From Phoronis australis (taxonomy: Eukaryota > Animalia > Phoronida), in assembly GCA_002633005.1 (NCBI GenBank), contig NMRA01000351.1, positions 1-64,000 of the forward strand: a stretch of DNA of 64,000 nt. The letters are read 5' to 3'. Below the pieces are notes generated by a model. The model saw only the letters and a list, made by a program, of their open reading frames with translations, ran no database searches and was not told the DNA's origin. A program made the translations under genes and the position numbers. Below, piece after piece: positions 49,621-62,989 of this stretch (position 1 is the stretch's first letter; every line of letters begins with the position of its first letter).

Positions 49621-49821
49621 GGATGGCAGGAAACAGGCAATACAATCCAGTTAACAAGTATGCTGCTGTGCCCCCTTTTGTCAATTTGTGTCTCTCTTTG
49701 CATCTGCCGAACCTCATTGGAAAAACAAGTACCGTAGACTGCAGCTGTTGATTTTCGGATGACCTGTGCTGTTTGCCTTTAGAGCTATTTTTATTCCTTC
49801 ATTAAAAATGTTGAAAACTTC

Positions 49822-52375
49822 ATTTTTACTTGGCGAAATGAATTTCGCCAAGTATGTTGCTCTGTCGTTGCTAAGTTTTTACTTGGTCTGTCATCAATTT
49901 TCGTCCAATTGGCACGAAATTCGCACATGACGTGTAGATCGGGAAGTATTAGAAACCTATTGTTTATGGTCATGATCGTATTCAAAATGGCAGACGTGGT
50001 GGCCATTTTGTTTATGGTTTCAGATTCAAATGCTCATAGAGGTCGCATTTTTCAATGTACAGAGCTGAAACTTGGTGCGATTGTTACACAACACAAGTAC
50101 TACATTTGCGCGGTAAATCGTTAACTTCCGGTTAAAGATGGCGGAAATATTGGCCATGGCGCATGCGCACCTAGATATCTGGCCGAAAACGTTTTCTCCT
50201 GTAGAGGGCGCATTGGTGAGCCAATCATTTTCAATCTCGTCACCTGTCTCTTTCGTTTAATTGGCTATTATAAAAGTTTGTTTAACTGGAAGTCACTTTC
50301 AAGATGACGGATCTGGCGCATGTTAACCGATTTTCAGTCGTGCTGGAGTGCCATTTTAAATGGGAAGAGAGAATGACGTGAATTTTTGCTTGTGGATTCT
50401 TTGAAGTATACCCTTTCAAATGACCTGTAACAATTTTTTTCTAAGACTTGCCGTTTTCGAGTTATTTGACTTTGAATTTCTAATCTTAAAAAAACGCAAA
50501 ATTTCATATTTTTTGAAAAATTTAGGGAATTGTGTGATACTATAAATTTAGATAGAGCTTTGAATGGGTTTTCAGAAGATGTTTTCCATTTTCGCTAAGG
50601 ACGTCTTTTTTCGAGTTATTCAGGACTTTCTGATAGCGCTGTTCCTTTGTTGAGCGCTCTTGCTGCATTGATGTTGGTTTAGCTTCTATTGAACAAGACT
50701 TCAGCCTATTTCTTAGTAATTTCTTCTCTAGTCTCATGAATGTTATCGTGTTGTTCATAATCGCCGCCTTCATCGTCCTCGTCGTTCTCCCCATCGTCCT
50801 GTTTTCGCTTAATTTTGCCAAGTGTCACTCATCCGAGTGCTCTCGATCTGTTGTCACTTTACCGGGTGCAGGAACAGGACTGAAGGCTATTTCTTACTGA
50901 TTTGTTCGCTAGTCACATGAATGTTATCATGTTGTTCATATTTGCCACCTTCATCCTCATCATCTTTGTCGTCCTCCCTCATCGTCTTCTTTTTGGTTAA
51001 TTTCGCCAAGTGTCGCTCCGCTGAGCGCTCTCACACTGCTGTCACTTTACTGGCTATTGAACAAGACTGTAGCTTATTTCTTACTGATTTATGACATCTA
51101 AGCTCGTCATATGAATGTTATGATGTTGTTCATCATCACTACCTTCATCATCGCAATCATCGTCCTTGCAGCCTAGTGTCTCTCATTTTTTTTTTTGTTC
51201 GCACGATACAGGTCGCAATTTTCTTCCAGTCATCCCGAAATTTACACATAACACATAGTTTCGGAAGTACTGGAAGCCTATTGTTTTTCGTCATAATCGG
51301 ATCTAAGATGGCAGATGTGGTGGCCATTTTGTTTCCATTGTAAGATTCAAATGCTTCTGGAAGCTTCAATTCTTTACGTACAGGGCTGAAAATCGGCACA
51401 GTTATTGTACTGGAAATGTGCTACAAGCATACTGGAAAATGTATACTTCTGGTTAAAGTTGGCAGAAATATCGGTGATTGCGCATGCGCACCTCAATTTT
51501 GGCTTAAAAACATTTTCTCCTGTAGAGGGCGGATTATAGAGCCAATTTCTTCGAATTTTACAGGTATTTAATTTAAGTTTCTTATATCATGCTATTATTC
51601 AGAACTGAAAAACCAGAAGTTGCTGTCAAGATGGCGGATCTGGCGCATGTTGACCCACTTTCAGTCGTGCTGGAGTGCCATTTTAAGCGGGAAGAGATAA
51701 TGACGTGATTTTTTGCATGTGGATTCTCTGATGTATACCCTTTCTAATGAACTGTAACAATTTTTTTCTCAGACTTACCGTTTTCGAGTTATTTGACTTT
51801 GAATTTCAAACAAAAGCCGCACAATTTCAATTTTTTTAAAAAAATTTACGGAATCTGGCAATACCATCAATTTAGATAGAGTTTTGAATGGATTTTCAGA
51901 AGATGTTTTCCATTTTTTGCTAGGACGTCTACTTTTCGAATTCGAGATTTTCTGATAGCGCTGTTGAGTTTGTTGAGTGCTCTTACTGCATTGATGTTTC
52001 ATGGTTTAACTTCTATTGAACAGGACTGTAATCTCTTTATTACTGTTTTATGACATCCAAGTTCGCCATGTGAATGTTATGTTTTTTATCCTCATTACCA
52101 TGGTCATCATATTCGTCATCTTCATCATCATCTCCGCCGTCGTCTTTTCAGTTAATTTCGCCAATTGTCGCCTATTTCTTAGTTTAATTTCTGACCTCTA
52201 CCTTTGTCATATGAATGATATCATAACTTGTATTGTCCATCATCGCCACCATCGTCGTCATATCCGTCATCTTCGTCATCATCTCTGTCGTAGTCTTTTC
52301 TGGTAATCTCTAACGTGGTTTTTTTGGTTAATTTCGCCAAGTTTCACTCCTCGGAGCGCTTTCAATAAAGTTTTT
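49822..52375 (+). mobile_element. Helentron/HINE-like 'family B' two-unit copy with both ends
   Basis: T run + 5' palindrome acttggcgaaatgaatttcgccaagt. The 3' end is ttcgccaagtttcactcctcggagcgctttc followed by a T run. No TSD. Confidence 0.85.
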
Positions 52376-52756
52376 GACTTGATGTTAGTTTCAACTGGTG
52401 GAGCACCTAAACATGTTTTTCAGTTTTGACTATTGCAGCTACCCCTTTTTGTCAATTTGTTGTCTTCTTCCATCTTCATGACATGAAGCTGAGAAACACC
52501 CCAAAACGTGTTAGCAGTGCACCTTGGGTAAATGTGCTCTTGTTATTTTAGGTTACTGGTAGTTGCGTACCACTGAAAATTTTTTTCTTTAAATTGACTG
52601 CGACTCATGGAAGTCATAGCTTTTCCTCATTAGCCTTTAGCAATTCTCACAACTGACAAAATTGCTCACACACCAATTATGAGCATAATATTATGTGTTG
52701 ATGAGGATATTAGTAATTATTGTTCAACCGTGCCTTGTTGATGTTATGTTTTTCAG

Positions 52757-52832
52757 TGGAGAGCCATACAGTTCTTCTAAGTACTGTACAGATATGTTGA
52801 GTATTGGTCTCAACCAGAGACTTAACACAAAG
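52757..52832 (+). CDS. HSD17B7: HSD17B7 catalytic exon (76 bp, YxxxK)
   Basis: ttttcag|...|gtac boundaries, with phase matching the previous exon (GG|T). [25 protein letters not shown] versus human [25 protein letters not shown]. Confidence 0.93.
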
Positions 52833-52963
52833 GTACACACATTACTTAGCATACTTTCAGGACATTAAAGAGTTCCCACCATGCATTTTCTTAGTTTTTG
52901 AGGTTTCATATAGTTAACATGAAATGAATGCCTTGAAATCTAACTAAATATTTTATAAGCACA

Positions 52964-55900
52964 TAAGGCGATATTTTTTCAAATGAGACAATATTGGAAC
53001 GGTTCCGCACTTTTTTAATATCCACTTAGGGCCATAAAAAATGGTATGTAGCAAATCTATACCTTACCCTAAACATGTTTACAATGTTACATTTTGATTT
53101 CCTCAATTAGCATTTTCTTAATTAGAAGTTCAATTTTTGCCTTGCGGAATATTCCGCACTGAGTGCAGAATGTTCCGCACTCAGTGCGGAATGTTCCTCA
53201 GGTGTGCTGAATATTACGCACACTTGCGGAATATTCCGCAAATGTGCGGAATATTCCGCAGATTTTGCGGAATATTACGCACTGCGCAAGTTTTGTGGAA
53301 TACTGTGACTTGAGAAATATTATGTATATTTTGTGGAATAATAATCAAAATAATAATTTATTTTTAAAAATAAATGTGAAAGTTCCTGAAGGGTTCCACA
53401 AACAGAAAAGTTTAGCACAGGACTGAAATTTTTAATTTTCTCCCAGCCCAATAAACATGAATTACATTCCATTCTCAATAGTACTTGAGAGTATAACGTG
53501 CCCACTCTCAATGATATATTAATCAATGTGACTGTTGCAGAAGGGTTCCACATGTGGAACGGTTCCGCAAACAGAATAGTTTTTTGGAGAACACAATTTT
53601 TTAAATTCTCATGACCAATAAAGTTAAAATGCATTCCATAATCAATACCACTTGAAAGTATCAATGTGACAATCCTATTAATAATTACTTGATCCATGTG
53701 ACAGTTGCGGAACCATTCCGCATGCGGAACCGTTCTGTATGGGGAGCGATTTCCCAAAACGAATGGTTTTGCTGGGTATTTGATTTCACCATTCAACTTA
53801 AATTGCATTACATTATCAATGCCACTTGAAAGTATCGATGTGACAATCATAACAGTAATTAGTTGATCAATGTGACAGTTGCGGAACCGTTCCACATGCG
53901 GAACCGTTCCGCAAACAATACTTTTGTGATCATCACAAGTTTGAAAACAATTTTCTTGCACATTTCAGTTGAAATTTACTCTCTTCTCAATAGCATATGG
54001 AAATATCAATGAGTCAACATGAACAATGATTAATCAGTGTGGAACTTGCTGAATGGTTTGTGATGCAGTAACCTACCTCAAGCAGACTCGGGGGAAAAAT
54101 CGACATATTGTCTATGACATTTTACTGCTTTTGGTAGAACCTTAACACAAGCCATGAAATATTCAAATCTTAACGTACAACAAGCATTAAACATCAAAGT
54201 ATCAGAATTTCTACCCCAACCATAACTAATTATTAAAAGTGACATTTGGGGAACCATTCTCCATGCAAAACCGTTCTCCATGGGGAGCGATTTCCCAAAC
54301 AGAAGGGTTTTGCTGGGTATTTGATTTCACCAATCAACTTAAAATACATTAAATTATCAATGCCACTTGAAAGTATCGATGTGACAATCCTAACAGTAAT
54401 TAGTTGATCAATGTGACAGTTGCAGAACCGTTCCGCATGCGGAACCGTTCCGCAAACAATACTTTTGTGATCCTCACAAGTTTTAAAAAAATTTTCTTGC
54501 GCATTTCAGTTGAAATATACTCTATTCTTAATAGCATATGGAATTATCAATGTGTCAACATGAGCAATGATTAATCAGTGTGGAACTTGCTGAATTGTTT
54601 GTGATGAAGAAACCTACCTCAAGCAGATTCGGGGAAAAAATCGACATATTGTCTATGACATTTTACTGCTTTTGGTAGAACCTTAATACAAGCCACGAAA
54701 TATTCGAATCTTAATGTGGAACAAGCATTAAACATAAAAGTATCAGAATTTCTACCCCAACAATAGTTAATTAATAAAAGTGACATTTGGGGAACCATTC
54801 CGCATGCAAAACCGTTCTCCATGGGGAGCGATTTCCCAAACAAAATGGTTTTATGGGGTATTTCTTTTCACCAATCATCTTAAAATGCAGTCATTTTTCA
54901 ATGCCACTTAAAACGTTCGATGTGACAATCCTAACAGTAATTAGTTGATCAATGTGATAGTTGCGGAACCGTTCCGCAAACAAAACTTTTGTGACCCTCA
55001 CAATTTTTTAAAAAATTTTCTTGCACATTTCAGTTGAAATATATTCTATTCTCAATAGCATATCAAAATATCAATGTCTCAACATGAACAATGATTAATC
55101 AGTGTGGAACTTACTCAATGGTTTGTGATGAAGAAACCTACCTCAAGCAGACTCGGGGAAAATTGACATCTTGTCTATGCCATTTTACCGCTTTTGGTAG
55201 AACCTTAACAAAAGCCATGAAATATTCGAATCTTAACGTACAAAAGCATTAAACATAAAAGTATCAGAATTTCTACACTAACAATAATTAATTAATAAAA
55301 GTGACAGTTGCGGAACCATTCCGCATGTGGAACCATTCCGCAAACAATACTTATGTGATCCTCACAAGTTTTAAAAAAAATTTCTTGCACATTTCAGTTG
55401 AAATATACTCTATTCTCAATAGCATATGGAAATAATGAGTCAACATGAACAATGATTTATGAGTGGGGAACTTGCTGAATGGTTTGTGATGCAGAAACCT
55501 ACCTCAAGCAGACTCGAGAAAAATAGATATCTTGTGTATGCCATTTTACCTCTTTTGACAGAACCTTAACACAAGTCATGAAATATTCAAATCTTAACGT
55601 ACAACAAGCATTAAACATAAAAGTATCAGAATTTCTACCCTAACAATAATTAATAAAAGTGACAATTGCGGAACTTCCGCATGCGGAAAAATTCCGCAGG
55701 GGGAGCAATTTCCGAAACCGAATGGTTTTGCGTGGTATTTGATTTCACCAGTCAACTTAAAATGCATTCTATTTTCAATGCCACTTGAAAGTATTGATGT
55801 GAAAATCCGAACAGTAATTAGTTGATCAATGTGACAGTTGCGGAGTCGTTCCGTATGCGGAATGGTTCCGCAAACAATACTTTTGTGATCCTCACAAGTT

Positions 55901-58900
55901 TTAAAAAATTTTTCTTGTACATTCCAGTTGAAATATACTCTACTCTCAATAGCATGTGGAAATATCAATGTGTCAACATGAACAATGATTGATCAGTGGC
56001 GAACTTACTGAATGGTTTGTGATGCAGAAACCTACCTCAAGCAGACTCGCGAAAAATTGACATCTTGTCTATGCCATTTTACCGCTTTTGGCAGAACCTT
56101 AACACAAGCCATGAAATATTCAAATCTTAACGTACAACAAGCAGTAAACACAAAAGTATCAGAATTTCTACCTTAACAATAATTAATTAATATAAGTGAC
56201 AGTTGCGGAACATTTCTGCATGCGGAACTGTTCTGCAAACTATAGTTTTGTGGAGCTCACAATTTTTTAAACTTCTTACACATTAAGGTTGAAATATATT
56301 CTATTCTCAATAACACGTGAAAATATCAATGTGTCATCATGAGCAATAATTAATCAGTGAGGAACTTGCTGAATGGTTTTGGATGCAAAAACCTACCACA
56401 AGCAGACTCAGTGAAAATTTGATATCTTGTCTATGCCATTTTACCGCTTTTGGTAGAATGTTAATACATGATACGGAATATTCAAATGTTAATGTGTAAC
56501 AAGTATGAAACATAAATGTATCAGAATTTGTACCGTAACGGTAATTAACTAATAAATGGAACACTTGCGGAACCATTCCACAGGATGTCAATTTTATATA
56601 ATAATATTTCCCAGTTAAATCAGTGTTAGAGCAAATTTTATTTTTCCATGATTTTTGGGTACCTCAGAATTGAGCATTTTGGCTTCTATGCAAAAATTTA
56701 ATCGGAAAAATTAATTTTTAAAAATTTTTTCTTTAATGTCCTGTGTATGTGCAATGACATGAGCAAAAAAGTAGGGTTCCCCAATTAGTTTTCAAGCTAC
56801 NTATTAATTAAATATTGTTGGGGTAGAAATTCTGATACTTTGATGTTTAATGCTTGTTCCACATTAAGATTCAAATAGTTCGTGGATTGCGTTAAGGTTG
56901 TACCAAAAGCGGTAAAATGTCATAGACAATATGTCGATTTTTACCCGAGTCTGCTTGAGGTAGGTCTCTGCATCACAAATCATTCAGCAAGTTCCCCACT
57001 GATTAATCATTGCTCATGTTGACACATTGATATTTCCATATGCTATTGAGAATAGAGTATATTTCAACTGAAATGTGCAAGAAAAATTTTTTAAAACTTG
57101 TGAGGATCACAAAAGTATTGTTTGCGGAACGGTTCCACATGCGGAACGGTTCCGCAACTGTCACATTTATTAATTATTGTTAGGGTACAAAATCTGATAC
57201 TTTTATGTTTAATGCATGTTGTAGGTTAAGATTTGAATATTTCATGGCTTGTGTTAAGGTTCTGCCAAAAGGGGTAAAATGGCATAGGCAAGATGTCAAT
57301 TTTTCGCGAGTCTGCTTGAGGTAGGTTTCTGCCTCACAAACCATTCAGCAAGTTCGCCACTGATCAATCATTTTTCTTCATGTTGACACATTGACATTTC
57401 CATATGCTATTGAGAATACAGTATAATTCAACTGAAATGTGCAAAAAAAAATTTTTAAAACTTGTGAGGATCACAAAAGTATTGTTTGCGGAACGGTTCC
57501 GCATGCGGAACGGTTCCGCATGCGGAACGGTTCCGCAACTGTCACTTTTAATAATTAATTATTGCTAGGTTAGAAATTCTGATACTTTTATGCTTAATGC
57601 TTTTTGTACGTTAAGATTCGAATATTTCCTGGCTTGTGTTAAGGTTCTACCAAAAGCAGTAAAATAGCATTAACAAGATGTCAATTTTTCGCCCGAGTCT
57701 GCTTGAGGTAGGCTTCTTCATCACAAACCATTCAGCAAGTTCCCCACTGTTCAATCATTGTTCATGTTGACACATTGATATTTCCATATGCTATTGAGAA
57801 TAGATTATATTTCAACTGAAATGTGCAAGAAAATTTTTTTAAAACTTGTGAGGATCACAAAAGTATTGTTTGCGGAACGGTTCCGCATGCGGAACGGTTC
57901 CGCAACTGTCACATTTATTAATTAATTATTGTTAGGGTACATATTCTGATACTTTTATGTTTAATGCTTGTTGTACGTTAAGATTTGAATATTTCATGGC
58001 TTGTGTTAAGGTTCTGCCAAAAGCAGTAAAATGTCATAGACAATATGTCGATTTTCCCCGAGTCTGCTTGAGGTAGGTTTCTGCATCACAAACCATTCAG
58101 CAAGTTCCCCACTGATTAATCATTGCTCATGTTGACACATTGATATTTCCATATGCTATTGAGAATAGAGTATATTTCAACTGAAATGTGCAAGAAGATT
58201 TTTTTAAAAGTTGTGAGGATCACAAAAGTATTGTTTGCGGAACGGTTCCACATGCGGAATGGTTCCGCATGCGGAATGGTTCCGCAACTGTCACATTGAT
58301 CAAGTAATTATTATTAAGATTGTCACTTTGATACTTTCAAGTGGTACTGATTATGTAATGCATTTTAACTTTATTGGTCATGAGAATTTAAAAAATTGCG
58401 GAACCGTTCCGCATGTGGAACCCTTCTGCAACCGTCACATTGATTATTATTATATTATTGAAAGTAGACACATTATACTCTCAAGTACTATTGAGAATGG
58501 AATGTAATTCATGTTTATTGGGCCGGGAGAAAATTAAAAATTTTAGTCCTGTGCTAAACTTTTCTGTTTGTGGAACTTTTCTGGAACTTTCACATTGATT
58601 TTTAAAAATAAATTATTATTTTGATTATTATTCCACAAAATATACATAATATTTCTCAAGTCACAGTATTCCACAAAACTTGCGCAGTGCGTAATATTCC
58701 GCAAAATCTGCGGAATATTCCGCACATTTGCGGAATATTCCGCAAGTGTGCGTAATATTCAGCACACCTGCGGAACATTCCGCACTGAGTGCGGAACATT
58801 CTGCACTCAGTGCAGATTATTCCGCAAGGCAAAAATTGAACTTCTAATTAAGAAAATGCTAATTGAGGAAATCAAAATGTAACATTGTAAACATGTTTAG

Positions 58901-59024
58901 GGTAAGGTATAGATTTGTTACATACCATTTTTTATGGCCCTAAGTGGATATTAAAAAAGTGCGGAACCGTTCCGCACACTTAGAGACTAAATAATATTGT
59001 CTCATTTGAAAAAATATCGCCTTA
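52964..59024. mobile_element. ~6-kb foldback element with long inverted arms built from ~360/~540-bp satellite units
   Basis: Terminal TAAGGCGATATTTTTTCAAATGAGACAATATT is inverted at both ends, and ~750 bp of outer arms mirror each other. Satellite marker cctacctcaagcagac occurs at ~54073, 54613, 55137, 55498, 56031, 56392 and inverted at ~56946, 57307, 57694, 58059. N at 56801. Confidence 0.9.
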
Positions 59025-59144
59025 CATTTTGTGTCACATAGTCGTGAATTTTTTTAATTTAAGAAGAAAAAATAGTTATTTCCAAGTTTCCCACCAAATG
59101 GTGTAATGGGTGGAAGATGTTTGGTCACTTGACAATCAATTACA

Positions 59145-59345
59145 ATGGCGGAACACAGCAGGTCAGAAAACGAGGGCGATTTTGAGCAAGAGCTGGACAA
59201 TTATGCAGACAGAGAGGAGAAAGATACCGACAGTTACACTCAAGTACTTGAAGAATTGGACAATGAATTTGATTTCCCATTTAGCGAACTTTCACCGGCT
59301 TTACGGTCGTATGAACTCGACCCACTTGCAGGAGAAATACTGTAG
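59145..59345 (+). pseudogene. KolX-like acidic N-terminus of Kolobok family D
   Basis: MAEHSRSENEGDFEQELDNY...LRSYELDPLA. Its position and orientation match the KolX starts in families K and C (YxFEP-like motif). A homologous start lies at 25255 on -. Confidence 0.55.
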
Positions 59346-60489
59346 ACATACATGTATGTGAGCACAACCAACTGAACTATTAAGGGGTGGTCAATGTTCA
59401 CAAAATTGACTCTTAAAATCACAAAGTCCACAGTAAATCTGAGTCACTCGTACTCACTATTGTCATAACGTTACGTGTCGTAGCACTCGAAGTGGACCGG
59501 GGTTGAGGGCCTGGCATCACTGGTCCTAGTGAGAATGGATGCATTTTTTTCGTAATTTATAAAATTTGCCAATACACGTACAAGGTGACGAGTACTTCAT
59601 CATAGCCCCGTTTTTGGTCAAAACATGATTCCTAACAAAGTGTGACTTTTGACTGAATCGCATCGCATATTCCACACTGAAATTCCACATCCTTGTAAGG
59701 TGCACAAACCGAACCATTTCTGTGCAACTTTCTCATATTTAGGAAATTCGATCACAAATACTCTGTCAAGCTGCTGCTGCTACAGCCTCCACCTTTTCTT
59801 GTCTGAAAACGACGGTTCCCTCCAGACTTTCCCCACAACTCCTCAGTGTCACACTGGTAAAAACAACAATGGCCGAGACAGTCTTCTACCCGTTACGCAC
59901 TTCCTCGATAACCACAAAAATATATTTTTTTAAATTTTGGCTTGTTCATACCAACAGGTATACTAAAAGCTAGTAATAACATTCTTTTTGAGACACAGGG
60001 CCATGGAGGGAACTCTTTAAGAATTGACAATCAGACATACACATAAGAAAGTTTTGTTCTTGTGCTTGTGCCAAGGTTGCATGGCAATGTGTTGGCCAGA
60101 AACTTGCAGACAAGCACCATCCTCGGGGTGTAGCAAGCATGGTGAGCATGGCGGATAATGTTGTGCAGTTTGATGTCCAAGTTATGACGAAAATTGTGAA
60201 TGAAATTATTCACCATGAAAAGGTTAACCAAAAATGATAAATTTTAGTAGATGTTGGACCAGAAAATAATTTTCATTTTTCTTCGAAAACGTCTTTCAGG
60301 GTCAGGACATACCTGAATAGTTGTCATTATGATATCGAAAATATCAATAAAACCAAATCAGAACTGACAGGTTGATATGACTCCAAGGCAGGCAGATATA
60401 CCTAATTTTGACTCACTGATGCAACTTTTCACATAGGTCCAATGGTCATCTTGCTTTTTCTGGAAACCTAAGGGTTCATGTACTTTCCT

Positions 60490-60801
60490 TTTTCATGTCA
60501 TTTTTAGTAAAACTATGGTTCATTAATTATCCCAGATATATTTTTCAGTTAATTACGGCTTCCCGTAATTCCCTTATAAGTAGTCGTACCCCATTCCAGA
60601 AGTGGCCTTTAGGGAGTTTAGAATTTCCCGCCATTTTGTTCTGCTGTTGGAAATTCTAAACCCTCTAAACGTCACGTCCGCAACAGGGCATGACTAATTA
60701 ATTAAATAATGGGAAGCCATAGTTAACTGAAAAATATGTCTGGGATAATCATCAAACCATGTTTTTACTAAAAATGACTTGAAACTAGGTTGCTTTCTCC
60801 T
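60490..60801. mobile_element. Palindromic Kolobok-type MITE related to family K TIRs, left terminus eroded
   Basis: Arms 60490-60630 and 60650-60785 are inverted copies. The right end ggttgctttctcct|TTAA resembles 27541-27558. Confidence 0.7.
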
Positions 60802-60865
60802 TTAAACGGATGCTTTTAAAACTGTTTTCGTGGCAATTATTGTTTTGTTTGATGTTGAGAGGCAT

Positions 60866-62880
60866 TTTTATGCATCCACATATTTATATGTGGACGCATT
60901 TATGCCGTCATCTCCATCCGTCTGTCCGTCCGTCCGGTGTCCGGAGTCCGGCGTCTGCTGCTCTATCTCCAAAACACCTTGACATATGTTCATGAAATAT
61001 TGCACATGTGTTCCGTCCGTAGATGGGAAGGCATTATTGAACTTTCGGATGTATCCGACTTCCGGTGTGCCCCCTAGTGGCAGTTTTAGTTTGTTATTTT
61101 TACCTCTGTATNTTTTATGCATCCACATATTTATATGTGGACGCATTTATGCCGTCATCTCCATCCGTCTGTCCGTCCGTCCGGTGTCTGGAGTCCGGCG
61201 TCTGCTGCTCTATCTCCAAAACACCTTGACATATGTTCATGAAATATTGCACATGTGTTCCGTCCGTAGATGGGAAGGCATTATTGAACTTTCGGATGTA
61301 TCCGACTTCCGGTGTGCCCCCTAGTGGCAGTTTTAGTTGGTTATTTTTACCTCTGTATTTCAAAAGTCTTAAATGTATTTTCATAAAATTTGGTATGTAG
61401 GCACCTAATAGTAAGATAAAGTTATCCTCTTGTTTTCGGAAGGATTCGATGCAGTTTGCGCCATCTAGTGGCCATTTTTACTGTTCTTGAATATGTTTTT
61501 TGCATCCACCCCTCTATTAACCAAACTGCTCAAAGGATGATTGTGAAAATTAGCATGTATTTTCTTGCTGTGAAGTAGACGGCTGACGATGATTTTCCGA
61601 TGACTTCGACTACAGTGGCGCCTCCTAAATGTGTAGTTTTGTTTTTTGTGCGCCTATGCCTGTATCTCCTAAATCGTTCGCAGGATCTTTCCTTAATTTA
61701 GTAAGTGTATTTACATGATGTTAACAACACAAGATGACGGCTTTCAAATAGATCTGACTACTGGTGTTCCACCTAGTGGCAATTTTATTTTTTTTTGACG
61801 TTCACCTCTGTATCTTTAAAGTTCCACAAGGTAATTTCATAAAATTTGGCATACAGGCATCTGTTAATGAGATGACGCTATCTCTCGGTTTTCAGATGGA
61901 TTCGACCTAGTTTGGGCCACCTTGTGGCGATTTTTACTGTTTTCGAGTCTGTTTTTTGACATCCATTCCTCTATGAACCAAACCGCTTTCAGGATAATTG
62001 TGAAAATTGGCATGTATGTTTTTACTATGAAGTGGACGGCTGACAATGCTTTTCTGACAACTTCGACTGCTGTGGCACCACCTGGTGGCAATTTTGTTTT
62101 TTTTGGCGCTCATGGCTGTATCTCCTAAACCATTTTCAGGATCTTTACTTAATTTAGGTAGTATATTTATATGATGTTGACAACGGACGGCGACGACTTT
62201 CGGACGGTTCTGAGTACTGGTGTGCCCCCAGTGACAATTTCAGTTTTTTACGTTATTTTTACCTCTGTATCTTCAAAGGTCCTCATCAGATTTTCATTAA
62301 ATTTTGAATATAGGCATCTATTGGTGAGATGACGCTATCCTCCTGTTTTTGGATGGAATCGAGGTACGCTACCTAGTGGCCATTTTTGCTATTTTCAAAT
62401 GTCGTTTTTGGCGTCTGCCCGTCTATCAGCCAAATCGTTCTGGGGATGGTTTTGAAATTATGTTCGCAGTGTGAAGAGGACGTTTGATGATGGCGACTTG
62501 ACTAATGTGACGCCTCGTAGTGGTAGCTTTGTTTTGTTTTGCGCCCATAGCTGTACCTTCTAAACCCAATGCAGGATCTTCATTAAATTTAGGAAGTGTA
62601 TTTATATGAAGATAACAACAAACGACTATGACTTTCAGGTGGATCCTACGGACGCTGTGCCCACTAGTGGAAATTTTATTTTATTCTGTTTTCATTTGTT
62701 TCTCTAAAGTTCCTTGACAGATTTTTATGAAACATTGCATGTTCCCGTTTTTGGATGGATTGTACGTTTTTGCGCCATGTAGTGGCCATTTTTACTATAC
62801 AAATAATTAAATTACCCTAAAAGCGCACCATTTGCAATGCATTCGTGGGCGCGTTTCAACGCTCCACGTTGCTCTTATTT
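60866..62880 (+). mobile_element. Complete HINE / DINE-1-like non-autonomous Helentron ('family E')
   Basis: T run, 5' palindrome atgcatccacatatttatatgtggacgcat, (CCGT)n microsatellite, ~150-bp central tandem repeats, subterminal gtgggcgcgt, and 3' hairpin caacg-ctcca-cgttg followed by Ts. The first ~248 bp are duplicated across the N at 61112. Confidence 0.85.
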
Positions 62881-62884
62881 ACAG

Positions 62885-62989
62885 AATATCTTTTCGCACA
62901 CCACCTGTCCTGGCCTGGTTCTCACCCAGATAACCTATAATATATTGCCATGGTATGTCTGGTACCTTCTCATACCATTCTTCTGGTTG
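62885..62989 (+). CDS. HSD17B7: HSD17B7 exon (105 bp)
   Basis: ttacag|...|gtaagt boundaries, phase 0. NIFSHTTCPGLVLTQITYNILPWYVWYLLIPFFWL versus human [35 protein letters not shown]. Confidence 0.92.

Larger units (their letters stand above)
52869..60016 (-). mobile_element. Kolobok-type 'family D' copy 2 with TTAA TSD, hosting the foldback element
   Basis: TTAA|agagttcccaccatg ... catggagggaactct|TTAA. KolX-like acidic start at 59145-59345 (+). THAP remnant at ~59575-59795 (-) is homologous to 23890-24121. Confidence 0.88.

Noticed and set aside
53320-53961. 213-aa ORF, the longest in the window
   Set aside because: It lies in the foldback arm, has no recognisable domain, and is broken in the mirror copy.
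60866-61360. Apparent 248-bp tandem duplication of the HINE 5' end
   Set aside because: The copies are near-identical and joined at a single N (61112), the same pattern as at 6067, so this is most likely a contig-overlap or haplotype artefact.
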